From IMG/VR virus record IMGVR_UViG_3300042889_001272, positions 124,001 to 188,000 of that record: 64,000 nt of DNA, one strand, 5' to 3'. The notes beneath the pieces are model-generated. The model did not search any database and had not been told where the DNA came from. It saw nothing but the letters and a program-made list of their open reading frames with translations. A program made the position numbers and the translations under genes. Positions 26,837 through 37,100 of this stretch are shown here, in pieces. Each line of letters starts with the position of its first letter. Position 1 is the first letter of the stretch.

Positions 26837-28221
26837 GGTAATATCTCCAGTGTTTTAACTCGGTGTAAGAATTGATCTGGATTGTCAAGTATTTGTCTAG
26901 GAGTTTCATTCCTCCAATTTGACTTGATTCCCGGCCTGTTTTGATACAATTGAAACGTATCCATGCCAGCATCAGAAAATTTATCAAGAATATCTTGTTC
27001 TAGTCTATACCTGGATACTGCACTGAACAACCAAGAAGTGTTCTGATAGTGCAATATATTTGTTAAATGTACATACGTTTTTTCACCGACATGACCGGCC
27101 AGAAGTTTATTTTTCACCTGATTAACGTCGAATAAATTACACGGCTCAAATATTACATTCAAATTTGGCCATACATTTTTAATGAAATCTTCTAGGCCCT
27201 GTGGCATCATTTCATTTATAATTTCCTGCATTCTATCTAAATTGCGATCAGCTTTCATCATAGGTATCAGGTCTAATTCTGTAAACAAGCTGTACAAAGT
27301 TGTTTTAAAATTTGAATAGTTGCAGTTGATTTCTCGAAGTCGTCGTTGTATTGCCAATGAAACTGGACTAAAATCAAAAACTGTGACTCGGCCGCCGGGT
27401 TTTAATCCAGCTGTGTATGCCATGAGCAATGGAGTTATACCACTTGCGGTACATATCACTCCCTGCATGTCTGTGTCTAATAATTTTTCTGGGGGCGACT
27501 CTGTGTTTGCCGCAAAGTGACCATAGCCTTGTAAACTTTCCAATACGTCTGAAATTTTAGAGTGAAAGTCTTTGGCAACTTCTGGATATATATAATACTT
27601 ACTTTCTCTCATGGACTCATCGAAACTAACTACAGAGCTGCCAGACTTTAATGCAGTGTCGATTATGTTCCAGCCAAATCGTTTTCCTGCGTAATTTTCA
27701 ATGGCATTGCCCTGAGCGATCCAATGTGGTGTATATCCATCATGCCAATTTTCTTCACTGCGTATTGGTTTAACTGTAGACCACGGTCCGCTAAATTCTT
27801 CTTTGCCTATCAATGGTCGACCATTTGCTCGCCACCAATCCATGTTAATAATAAAACATTGATGGTGCAATTCGTAGAACTTGTCGCCTTTGTCTAATAT
27901 ATGTCCTGCAACTGCAAAGTTGGGATTATTTTCTAGAAACTTTGGAAGTACGTGATAAAAATTATCATGCTTGCTGAGATTAGTGCCCATGGCTACAATC
28001 ATCAAATATTTTAATCCGGCAACATCTGCCCATTTTAAAATAGCATCCGGATCTTTATTGCATGTTGTTGGCAGATAATAGTTTTCATTTTCCTGAACCC
28101 AGTATTCCGTTATGTTTTTAGACAGCGAAAGCGCAGTAGAGTCCTTGATATAATCAGTTATGTCCAGCCATGCCATACCGAAGCCGATGTTACTTAAATG
28201 TTTGTACTGGTAATATGCCAT
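26821..28221 (-). CDS. hypothetical protein (possible two-domain transferase)
   Basis: 466 aa; no confident family; ICTASG / VFDFS in the C-half is weakly Rossmann-like. Confidence 0.75.
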   Translation of the reverse strand: MAYYQYKHLSNIGFGMAWLDITDYIKDSTALSLSKNITEYWVQENENYYLPTTCNKDPDAILKWADVAGLKYLMIVAMGTNLSKHDNFYHVLPKFLENNPNFAVAGHILDKGDKFYELHHQCFIINMDWWRANGRPLIGKEEFSGPWSTVKPIRSEENWHDGYTPHWIAQGNAIENYAGKRFGWNIIDTALKSGSSVVSFDESMRESKYYIYPEVAKDFHSKISDVLESLQGYGHFAANTESPPEKLLDTDMQGVICTASGITPLLMAYTAGLKPGGRVTVFDFSPVSLAIQRRLREINCNYSNFKTTLYSLFTELDLIPMMKADRNLDRMQEIINEMMPQGLEDFIKNVWPNLNVIFEPCNLFDVNQVKNKLLAGHVGEKTYVHLTNILHYQNTSWLFSAVSRYRLEQDILDKFSDAGMDTFQLYQNRPGIKSNWRNETPRQILDNPDQFLHRVKTLEILPWITK

Positions 28222-28224
28222 TAA

Positions 28225-29532
28225 TTATTTCCCTGTAAATTTTTCTTTTCTTTTTACATCTAATATTTCATTGAATTTTTGAAACTTTTCGAAACTTACG
28301 TCATATTTATTTGTATCTATACACTCGTCTATCCAGCTTATTGCGTCAGCTATATGTCTCTTATTATTGATTTCTCTAATAGAATTTTCTTGCATTGATT
28401 CAAACTTTACAATCAACTTTGACTTTGCCGCTGTCAGCCTTTCTATTGGCAGAACATTTGCATGTAAAAAAGTAGGCCATTGTAAACGGCTTGTATGCCA
28501 CATTATGTCAAAGTCAGTGTCTATTGCTTCAAATGTTTCAACTAAGTACTCTACATTAAGTGCAGATATGCAAGTACTTGCCTTTATGTAATCTAACTTA
28601 TCACCCAAACTTTCTTTGGACTGTTGTATGTTTTCTTTTATGTCGTTCCATACAGAACCGTGTCTAATATAAGCATTAAGTTCGTCGTAGCCATCTATAC
28701 TGATTGTTAAACGCACCGACTTGAATTTTTTCCAAAGGTCCAGTACATTGCGACCTTTCTTTGCTTCGAGATCTGTTAAATTTGTACTGTATTTTAAAAT
28801 AACGTCACTGGGATCCTTGATACGATCCAGCATATTGTAATGCAACGGATCCATTAAAGGCTCGCCTCCGGCAAATTCGAATTCCTTGATATCATCGATG
28901 ATCTCATACAAGTCCTGCACAAATGTATTGTGTGTCTCAAATAAATTTAACACAGGTTTTTTACGTAAGTCATTGCTGTCGATGATATTATTAATATACT
29001 CCCGTTCTCCAGGTTCATAAATTTCTTTAACAGCATCCCAGTCTTGTAGCCACGGTGTACTGTCCTTGGGCCAACACATACGGCATTTTAAATTACAAAG
29101 ATTGCTTAATTTAAACTCGACAATAGGAATATTCCATGGTGATTCTTTTGTGCGTTTATATGTTGCAACTAAATGTGCATACTCTTGTGTTCTCTCGTAA
29201 TTTTGACTTTGTCTTAAACTGGTAATACCTTTGTCTTCCATTGACCAGCAAGCATTGCAATGAGGATCTCTAATACCTGATATTAGATTATTTCTGACTA
29301 TTTTATATTTTTTATGATTCCAAAGATCTCGGAATGCTATATTTTTAATATCCCAGATTTTAGTACTTCGACAGCACAGTCTAAACTCGCCATTGGTTGT
29401 GGTACTTGTGTGTATAAACGGCATTATGCAAAATGTCTTATCATCTACATCAAAACCATGCTGTTCTTTAAATAACTCGCTGGGTCTATAATCTAACAGG
29501 AATTGTTTTCCTTTTCCTTTAGCTTCATTCAT
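28225..29532 (-). CDS. radical SAM protein with N-terminal twitch-like domain
   Basis: CIMPF...LCC...CNAC; CNLKCRMC; AGGEP; YSTN. Confidence 0.93.
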   Translation of the reverse strand: MNEAKGKGKQFLLDYRPSELFKEQHGFDVDDKTFCIMPFIHTSTTTNGEFRLCCRSTKIWDIKNIAFRDLWNHKKYKIVRNNLISGIRDPHCNACWSMEDKGITSLRQSQNYERTQEYAHLVATYKRTKESPWNIPIVEFKLSNLCNLKCRMCWPKDSTPWLQDWDAVKEIYEPGEREYINNIIDSNDLRKKPVLNLFETHNTFVQDLYEIIDDIKEFEFAGGEPLMDPLHYNMLDRIKDPSDVILKYSTNLTDLEAKKGRNVLDLWKKFKSVRLTISIDGYDELNAYIRHGSVWNDIKENIQQSKESLGDKLDYIKASTCISALNVEYLVETFEAIDTDFDIMWHTSRLQWPTFLHANVLPIERLTAAKSKLIVKFESMQENSIREINNKRHIADAISWIDECIDTNKYDVSFEKFQKFNEILDVKRKEKFTGK

Positions 29533-29863
29533 TGCTGATCCTTAATCTCTTAATATTATTTAATTCTGCTTTACTCAGCTGTATGTCGGCGGCGCAGGTA
29601 CAATTTTCTTTGGTACAAATAATGGGCTCAGTGGGCACCGAGAAGCCGGTGTGTATATCTCCTAGCTTGCCGCCCACCTTACATATGGCTCTCCAAACAT
29701 TGCCGTCATTGTCTATGGTCAAATTCTGAACGCCTGCCCAGCACATCCAACCTTTGAATTTGTTCGTTTCGTTGGCCAGTAAATCATTGACATTGCTTTC
29801 TTCGCTGGTGCCGTCTTCATAATGAACTACTATGTTTGCCCAATTAGTTACTTTACTTGTCAT
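29525..29863 (-). CDS. SPASM/twitch domain; C-terminal half of a split radical SAM gene
   Basis: WMCWAG...DG...C...CTKENCTCAAD; matches the C-terminus of paralog 22811-23785. Confidence 0.75.
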   Translation of the reverse strand: MTSKVTNWANIVVHYEDGTSEESNVNDLLANETNKFKGWMCWAGVQNLTIDNDGNVWRAICKVGGKLGDIHTGFSVPTEPIICTKENCTCAADIQLSKAELNNIKRLRISNE

Positions 29864-30561
29864 TTTTTCTTATTCAACATAAAATCAAGTTCTTCTTGAG
29901 TATAGTAGTCATCTTTACATTTACCGTGCGATGTTTTTAATCCACTTAATCCCGGAACTGCCCAGATTTTTGTCTCAGGATCCAGCCTAGGTCTAATTCT
30001 TCTAATTACCCAATGCACATCATTTTCATTCATGATGTCGATTATCTCATTTGCTTCCGCCATTTTACCTGGAAGATACATCAAGTGGGTGTGTAGGTTT
30101 TGATTCTTGCGCTCTTTAACAAGTTTATTTAACTCTACGATAGTGTTAATTATCTTGTCGTGATATGCAAATTCAAAATGATAACTAAAAATATAATAAG
30201 TAATATACGGTAAACTATCAATATATTTTTGAAGTGGAACACTGCCGTTAGTAGTGACACTAATTTTATTAATACCATTGTTCTTTATTATTTTAAGAAT
30301 GTCGATAATTTTTGGATGCACAAATGGTTCGCCGCCAGTTAAACTGATACGGCATTCTTTACCCTGTGATCGAGCAACATCTGCTATCTGCTTGACTGTT
30401 TTTTCAATGACATCTAAACTTAAATGCTGACTTTCTCTGTCATGTATGTCGCTACCACAGTAGCTACAATCATAGTTACAACGTTTACCTAGATTCCATT
30501 CAATGCGTAGCCATTTGTCTTTAGGCGCATGATTGTCTTCTACCGCAACCAGTTTATTCAT
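29860..30561 (-). CDS. radical SAM core; N-terminal half of a split gene
   Basis: EWNLGKRCNYDCSYC, TGGEP, TTNG, SYH. Confidence 0.9.
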   Translation of the reverse strand: MNKLVAVEDNHAPKDKWLRIEWNLGKRCNYDCSYCGSDIHDRESQHLSLDVIEKTVKQIADVARSQGKECRISLTGGEPFVHPKIIDILKIIKNNGINKISVTTNGSVPLQKYIDSLPYITYYIFSYHFEFAYHDKIINTIVELNKLVKERKNQNLHTHLMYLPGKMAEANEIIDIMNENDVHWVIRRIRPRLDPETKIWAVPGLSGLKTSHGKCKDDYYTQEELDFMLNKKK

Positions 30562-33106
30562 TCCAATAATCCGTTAATTCGGGTATAACATTCAATACGT
30601 TTTCCTTTCGAATTTTATCCAACTCTACAGTGAATTGTTTGAATGTATTCCACTGTGTTTCGTGAATTCTATTAGATTCCAAACTACGAACTAATACCTC
30701 AAAGTCGGGTATTCCATACAATTGATCTACCATCTTTTTTCTTAGTTCAGTAGGTAGTACCAATGGACTCAGATACATCGGACTATTACATACAGTCTCG
30801 AATGCATTTGATGCACTAACTTTTTCAAATTTTTCTTCCCAACTTTTTAATTTTTTATGCAACGATTTTAGATTTAATAAATTATAGGCTTGCATAGTAA
30901 CATTAAATCCAATCTCAACGTTGGGTAATTTATTATACATGCTTATTACATCTTCTAGTTCGTCAATAGTAAACTTACCGCCACGTATATAACTATACAG
31001 TTCACCCGTTCCTTCCACACTGAACATTAAACGTACATTTTTAAATTTTTCAAGCATAGATAAAATCTTCGGATTAACGATCGTGCCATTAGTTGTGTAC
31101 TGCAAAGTGATAAATTCATTTTTCCCATATTTGATGAGTTCTTCCAAGTAGGGCACATGATTTTTTGCCATCATAGGTTCCCCTCCCTTAAAGTCTATAC
31201 GCTGTATATGTTTCATATGTCTTATAGGTTCTAATAGACTACTTAATTCTTGTTGAACTATTACTTGTTTTTCTGGATTATTTTCCTTTTCAAATTTAGG
31301 ATTAATTTTTGCCAACATCAAGTCTTCCTCAAACCATTGATTACTGGCCCATGAGCCACACATACGACATTTTAAATTACATACGTTACTAAGATTGACA
31401 TCCATCTGAGTCCAAAATAATTTCTCTTTGGTCAAAGGACGGGTATAATCATAGTCACTGGGTATTCCATTTGTAAACTTTTTGTTAAACCATTGTCTTC
31501 TACTGGTTCCTATTAAATTCTCACGTTCCCAACAACTGCTACATTCTTCTGGTTTTTCTCCTTTGAGGAACTGATTTCTTATTTTTATAATTTTTTCATT
31601 ATTAATAAAACTATCTACAATATTATCCTTACTGGCTGTTCCTAGAGACCCTTTAAACTGACAGCAAGGTTTAATATTATCATTGGCACTTATTGCAAGG
31701 CCGTGCCATGGCATTTTACAGAAGCTTTCATACTTTTCGCGTCGATATTCATTAAAATAAATTTCATAGTTACTGTAAATTTCTGGATCTAATTGTTCGA
31801 GACTTTCACCGCGTATTTCATCTAGCTCGTATGTATATTTGACAAATTCTTTAGGACCTTGCTTTGCAAGTCCCTTAACTTCAATTGGATTGTCTATTAA
31901 ATCTTCCAGTAATTTTTTTATGTCATTGATATATCTTGCTTCTGTTATAGCACTTTTGCCATTTTGGTCGCCGCGAAAAAAATCATATTTGTCAATAAGA
32001 TAATTTATTTGATCAAGACTCTTTTGCAGTATTTTTCCATTTAACCATTGTACGTGCAAAGTTTTGGGCCCTACTAATATTCTGTGCTCCATACTATGAC
32101 GATGTTTGCTACTTGTTACCGGCTTTTCTTTATCCCAGCCATAAAATTTAATTATCCATTCGATAAATTCTGCAACGTTTAATGCATTAATGGCTTGGAA
32201 GGTCCCGTTAATGTTCATTTTATAAACGCCTGGCCTCGGTTTGTCACACCAATTTCTAATTAATTCTGCCTTCTCTATAATGCCATCCCAATCTATGGCG
32301 CCTGCACTTCTAATATAGCTGAAATATCCTCTAGTACCATCTAAACTAAGATTGATGTTGACATACTTAAAACCTTCCAATGCTTCTAGATGCTTTTCTG
32401 TGATAACGCTACCATTAGTAGTAATCATTAATTCAATTTGTTTGTCCAAGCCAGCATCACGCAACATGCCCAGGAATTCCATGAATTGCGGCACAAGGAA
32501 TGGTTCACCACCTAATATCTCCACACGACGTAAATCCTTGCCATTATCCACTAATTCTCGCAACTGCTCTGTAGACAATGTATGTTTTGTTCTATCAAAC
32601 ATAGAACTTGTTCTAGCATAAGGACTGCCGGCTCCGCCTGATGCAAAGCCACGTTTTTTAAGTTTTTCCTCGTCACCTATCCATGCGTTGCTATATGCAC
32701 TGCTACACATTCTACATTTAAAATTACACAAGTTATTAAAAGCAATATCCAAGTGTACAAGTTTATTACCCGTTAGATTATTATCCCAATCAATATCTTC
32801 CCACCGATCGTCAATTACATCCAGATTCTGCCAGTGAGTACGTTTGCTGGTTACATTTTTATCTTCCTTGCTTTGACAATTTTGGCAACCCAGTGTCCAT
32901 TCTCCGTTGCGTTGGTCTTTTCTTAGATCTTGAAATGATTTGTTGTCCCATTGTTTAATAATAGAACCACTGTTAACATCACCCATTTCTGTTTCGCTCA
33001 TATGGCAGCGAACCATTTTTCCAGTAGCATGTATTGCAATGCTACTAACAGGTAGCATACATATTGTAGGACTCAGTAGTTTATTTTTATCGCCTTGTTC
33101 ACTCAT
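30554..33106 (-). CDS. tandem double radical SAM protein (two twitch-rSAM units, 850 aa)
   Basis: Unit 1 CMLP..C..CQNC / CNFKCRMC / LGGEP; unit 2 CKMPW..PCC..CSSC / CNLKCRMC / KGGEP. Confidence 0.93.
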   Translation of the reverse strand: MSEQGDKNKLLSPTICMLPVSSIAIHATGKMVRCHMSETEMGDVNSGSIIKQWDNKSFQDLRKDQRNGEWTLGCQNCQSKEDKNVTSKRTHWQNLDVIDDRWEDIDWDNNLTGNKLVHLDIAFNNLCNFKCRMCSSAYSNAWIGDEEKLKKRGFASGGAGSPYARTSSMFDRTKHTLSTEQLRELVDNGKDLRRVEILGGEPFLVPQFMEFLGMLRDAGLDKQIELMITTNGSVITEKHLEALEGFKYVNINLSLDGTRGYFSYIRSAGAIDWDGIIEKAELIRNWCDKPRPGVYKMNINGTFQAINALNVAEFIEWIIKFYGWDKEKPVTSSKHRHSMEHRILVGPKTLHVQWLNGKILQKSLDQINYLIDKYDFFRGDQNGKSAITEARYINDIKKLLEDLIDNPIEVKGLAKQGPKEFVKYTYELDEIRGESLEQLDPEIYSNYEIYFNEYRREKYESFCKMPWHGLAISANDNIKPCCQFKGSLGTASKDNIVDSFINNEKIIKIRNQFLKGEKPEECSSCWERENLIGTSRRQWFNKKFTNGIPSDYDYTRPLTKEKLFWTQMDVNLSNVCNLKCRMCGSWASNQWFEEDLMLAKINPKFEKENNPEKQVIVQQELSSLLEPIRHMKHIQRIDFKGGEPMMAKNHVPYLEELIKYGKNEFITLQYTTNGTIVNPKILSMLEKFKNVRLMFSVEGTGELYSYIRGGKFTIDELEDVISMYNKLPNVEIGFNVTMQAYNLLNLKSLHKKLKSWEEKFEKVSASNAFETVCNSPMYLSPLVLPTELRKKMVDQLYGIPDFEVLVRSLESNRIHETQWNTFKQFTVELDKIRKENVLNVIPELTDYWNE

Positions 33107-34373
33107 AATTTAATAGCCTTGCCATTTCTGGGAATGTTTTTATAAAATCTTCATTTCTAGATTTATCTACAAAGAATATTTCTTTTTTTCTTCTAGCATC
33201 TATGTCGTTTGACCATGCATCTATACTGTTCATATAATCTAGTATTTCATCTATAGTATTGTGATACTTTTCGTCAACAGTTGCTTTGGTGTTTTCTAAA
33301 TATGTCGTTAGTTCTGTCTTTATTTTTGCATTCAGCGTTCTTACATTATTTGGACTATCCATTGTTGTTACATAATGGGGAGTAAAAGATTTTATAAAAG
33401 GCATCCGTTCTAACTCTTGTAAAAAATTACCCAATGTTGCTATATTAAAAATATTAACCGTTGTATCAATAGTAGAATAGTAGTTGGATTTGCTGAAAAA
33501 ATACTCCAGGTTATTTTTTACTTCTTGCCATACTGCACCACTGCGCTGATAATCAAATTTATCGCCAATGTCATCTATGCTTAAACTCCAATGCACTGCT
33601 TTGAATTTATCAAGTATTTTTTCTTGTTCGGCAGTTGGGATAACAGTTCCGTTTGTATTATACCACAGCCATATCTTACTTGCATCATAACGATTTATGA
33701 TTGCTTTCAACATTTCGTAGTGTTCTTCGATCATCAAGGGTTCACCACCCATGATATGTATTACTCTGACGTTTTCGAACATATCGATGTTCTGCCAAAA
33801 ATCGATGTTATCAATCCACTTGGCCTGTTGATTATATTCAAATTCATGACTAGACTTGAAGTCGGAATATGTTGGATCATTTAATTTTTTTAAATCAAAT
33901 GTTTCTTTAAGCCATTTTGCACTATTCCAAAGTCCGCATATTCTACATGCCAAATTGCATCTATTGCCAGCTTTTATTTCCAACCAGATAAGTTGTTGTT
34001 CTGGAGTCTTTCCATACATTATTTCTTCTACAAAATCTGCCACTTTAGCACTACTGGTATACATATATCTGCCACTGAATCTATCTTTGGAATTTACACC
34101 CCAGCAAGGTTTACATGCAGGATGTTGCTCATTTTTAAGAAAAGATTCTCTAAACTTGATATGTGCGGGATGTTTTATAATATCTGCAATTGAACCATCT
34201 TCGACATTTAAAGGCCTGCCATCTTCTTTTATTAATGCATTACCTAAACAGCATGGGCGTATGTCCCCGTTTGATTCCACAGCTACATGGCCGAATGGCA
34301 TGACACAAAAGTTATTTGTGTCCAGCCATTTATTTATTTTGTCTTTTTTTTCAAAAGATATATAGTTAGACAT
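33099..34373 (-). CDS. radical SAM protein with N-terminal twitch-like domain
   Basis: CVMPF...PCC...CKPC; CNLACRIC; MGGEP; YNTNG. Confidence 0.93.
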   Translation of the reverse strand: MSNYISFEKKDKINKWLDTNNFCVMPFGHVAVESNGDIRPCCLGNALIKEDGRPLNVEDGSIADIIKHPAHIKFRESFLKNEQHPACKPCWGVNSKDRFSGRYMYTSSAKVADFVEEIMYGKTPEQQLIWLEIKAGNRCNLACRICGLWNSAKWLKETFDLKKLNDPTYSDFKSSHEFEYNQQAKWIDNIDFWQNIDMFENVRVIHIMGGEPLMIEEHYEMLKAIINRYDASKIWLWYNTNGTVIPTAEQEKILDKFKAVHWSLSIDDIGDKFDYQRSGAVWQEVKNNLEYFFSKSNYYSTIDTTVNIFNIATLGNFLQELERMPFIKSFTPHYVTTMDSPNNVRTLNAKIKTELTTYLENTKATVDEKYHNTIDEILDYMNSIDAWSNDIDARRKKEIFFVDKSRNEDFIKTFPEMARLLNYE

Positions 34374-35841
34374 TGTTAAATATATCCTTCATTTCAGAAA
34401 AAGTTTCGTAAAAACTAGTGCCACGGTGCTCGTCTATTTTTTCCAAATACTCTTTCATTTCCGGTAAACGTACACTCCAGTCTTCACTTTTCATGAATCT
34501 AATTAGGCCGCGCAGACGCTTGACGCCGTAGTCATTTGCAAGAAACACGTCTTTGTCCAATGTTTCACTTTGCTTGACTCCGTTCATATAGTTGTCGGTC
34601 CACCAAGGTATTAATTCTTCTTCTATCTTACGTGCAACTTCGTCTTTAAATTTCTCAGGAAGAACTTTGACATTTAAGAATGCAGGCCAATATACAAAGT
34701 GGAAATTAATACCACCTGCACCCAAAGGCCACATGTTGATCTTCTTAAAGTTTTGTGTCATTTTCCACTTAATAAATTCAGGCAAGTAATGAATGTTCAA
34801 TGCGTTAACGGCACAAGCCACTGTGACTTCTACGTTGTCAGTTGTCTGCGTATCTAATATATGAAATACTTCTTCTGTGCGCTTCCATTCACTGGGGTAA
34901 CGAATATACTCGTTGTGTGCGCCAAAAGAATCGACACTGTAATGAAAACGTACAAGTTTAAAGTGACTCCATAGTTCAAATAAGTCCTCTCTCCACTCTA
35001 CACCATTGCTATTATAACGTATTTCCATGTCTTTTGCAACCCCTTGTCGAATACATTCTTCAAGGATAGCATAGTGTTCTTCGATGATCAATGCTTCGCC
35101 TCCGGCAAAGTATAGTTGTTTCATGTGAGGAATTTGTTGATAGAACTGTTCCCAGAACACTGGATTGTTCTTATGCCAATTGTAGCTACTGCCATTGGTA
35201 CTGCCTTTGTTTTCCCAGTTCCAAATTTCTTTTACTTTATCATTTTCAATCTTAGGGTAAACTGCTTGCCAGTCTTTGATCCAACCACTACTGTCGTGCG
35301 GGCTACACATGATACAGGCTAGCTGGCATTTTGTTCCGAAGCGTAAGTCAATATATCGTAGTTTAGGCGGAACACTGCCATCTTCACTGGTTTCTTGTAC
35401 TAGTTCGTCGATGCTTACTCGCTTGCTCCAATATTCTGTTTCCCATTGGCGTTTACTTCTATGACCTGCGGCCTCTTCTTTATAACACTTTAAACAGCTT
35501 GAAGGCTTTTCACCCACCATCATTTGTGAGCGTACATTTTTCATATATGTACTGTTCCAGCTGGATTCGAAGTCCGCAACATTTAAGTTGTTGGGACGGC
35601 CTTCTTCGTCTTTTAAAATTCCAATATTGCCGCCATGTAGTTTTTCATTGGTAGCGCCTACTGAACTGGCATTGGCAGTACAACATACTCGCATTTGGCC
35701 ATCGGGACGAGTACTTAAATGTATCCAAGGTAAAATGCACCATGTTTTACTAACATTGAGATGATTTTTTGTTTGGGAAGTTCGGTCTTTGTTAACCATC
35801 ATGTCTTCGCCGGATTCGTTGGGCATAACGTTGTCGATCAT
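34366..35841 (-). CDS. radical SAM protein with N-terminal twitch-like domain
   Basis: CILPW...VCC...CLKC; CQLACIMC; AGGE; YNSNG. Confidence 0.93.
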   Translation of the reverse strand: MIDNVMPNESGEDMMVNKDRTSQTKNHLNVSKTWCILPWIHLSTRPDGQMRVCCTANASSVGATNEKLHGGNIGILKDEEGRPNNLNVADFESSWNSTYMKNVRSQMMVGEKPSSCLKCYKEEAAGHRSKRQWETEYWSKRVSIDELVQETSEDGSVPPKLRYIDLRFGTKCQLACIMCSPHDSSGWIKDWQAVYPKIENDKVKEIWNWENKGSTNGSSYNWHKNNPVFWEQFYQQIPHMKQLYFAGGEALIIEEHYAILEECIRQGVAKDMEIRYNSNGVEWREDLFELWSHFKLVRFHYSVDSFGAHNEYIRYPSEWKRTEEVFHILDTQTTDNVEVTVACAVNALNIHYLPEFIKWKMTQNFKKINMWPLGAGGINFHFVYWPAFLNVKVLPEKFKDEVARKIEEELIPWWTDNYMNGVKQSETLDKDVFLANDYGVKRLRGLIRFMKSEDWSVRLPEMKEYLEKIDEHRGTSFYETFSEMKDIFNNV

Positions 35842-37100
35842 TTTTTTAATTTCTCATATAATTGTGGAAAAGTTGTCTTCCAGTCTGTGTTTCTAATGGC
35901 ATCTAATTTTGTTACTATATCTAAACATTTATCAACTAGGCCTGAGTTGCCTTCTATATTTGTTTCTAAATAATTTACAAGATGTGCTATTTGTTTTTTC
36001 TTTTTGTCAGTTGTTGCCCACGCATTATATTTAATTAAAATATCCTGTTTTACTTCTAGTGGAAGTATTGCAACATCGAAATAATCCGGACTGCTTAAGA
36101 TTCTAACACTGGAGTTGTGTTTTTCAAATTGATCAAAATAATCTAATAAATTGGGTGTTGTGTATACACTTAAAACTTGCCACGTTACTGTGAAATCCAT
36201 TTTGATGTTAGACATTTCTTTACTTAATGTGTTTACATTCTTACTTATTTGCTGCCATGTGGCGGGGAAACGAATATATTCAAACTGATCACCAAAATCA
36301 TCTATACTAATACGTAGCCAAACTTTTTTAAAATGTTTCCACAAATTCAAGGCACGTTTGTGTATAGCAGTTAAATTTGTATCATATTCCAAAGTAACTT
36401 CGCCGGCTCTGCCACTGTCAATAACTTTTTGCAAGAAATCATAATGGGGTTCGATCAGCATGGGTTCGCCGCCCACAAGATATACTTGCTTCAAATACGG
36501 AATCTTTGCTTCTAATTTGGTCCAAAACTCTGGGTTATCCCACCAATCATATTCACCAGCATCCCTATATCTACCATCAACATCTTTTAAATTGATCTTT
36601 GTTCCACTGTCAGTGAACTTGGTTGTACCATTAAGTAAAACATAATCTTCATACCACTGACTGCTACTGGCAGGATGACACATGACACATTTTAAATTGC
36701 ACAAGTTACCAAAACGTAAATCCCAGTAACTAGGTTGCCAATCTGTGTTACCGTGTTCATCTGTATGCTGTCTAGCAATGTCTACATCAAACTCGCCATC
36801 ATACATCTTATTACTCACAGTTCTACGACTGCTTGCACCCATGTCTTCTTTGACCCAGCAGGTATTACAGTCGCTGTGACGCTGATCAGCAAGCATGGCC
36901 AATCTTATTTCTCTAGCTTTGTCGCCATTTTTAATAACGTCAAAGTCATCGCGGCCGAGATTGTAGGGCTTACCATTATTATCTCTTATTGTGCCTTGTT
37001 GACTGTCTTTACTATTGGTCATCAAGCAACAAACCCTGGCAGTGCCAATGGGCTTTGCTGCCATTTGCACCCAAGGTATAACACAAAATGTTTTATCCAT
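35838..37100 (-). CDS. radical SAM protein with N-terminal twitch-like domain
   Basis: CVIPW...VCC...CNTC; CNLKCVMC; VGGEP; YDTN. Confidence 0.93.
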   Translation of the reverse strand: MDKTFCVIPWVQMAAKPIGTARVCCLMTNSKDSQQGTIRDNNGKPYNLGRDDFDVIKNGDKAREIRLAMLADQRHSDCNTCWVKEDMGASSRRTVSNKMYDGEFDVDIARQHTDEHGNTDWQPSYWDLRFGNLCNLKCVMCHPASSSQWYEDYVLLNGTTKFTDSGTKINLKDVDGRYRDAGEYDWWDNPEFWTKLEAKIPYLKQVYLVGGEPMLIEPHYDFLQKVIDSGRAGEVTLEYDTNLTAIHKRALNLWKHFKKVWLRISIDDFGDQFEYIRFPATWQQISKNVNTLSKEMSNIKMDFTVTWQVLSVYTTPNLLDYFDQFEKHNSSVRILSSPDYFDVAILPLEVKQDILIKYNAWATTDKKKKQIAHLVNYLETNIEGNSGLVDKCLDIVTKLDAIRNTDWKTTFPQLYEKLKK

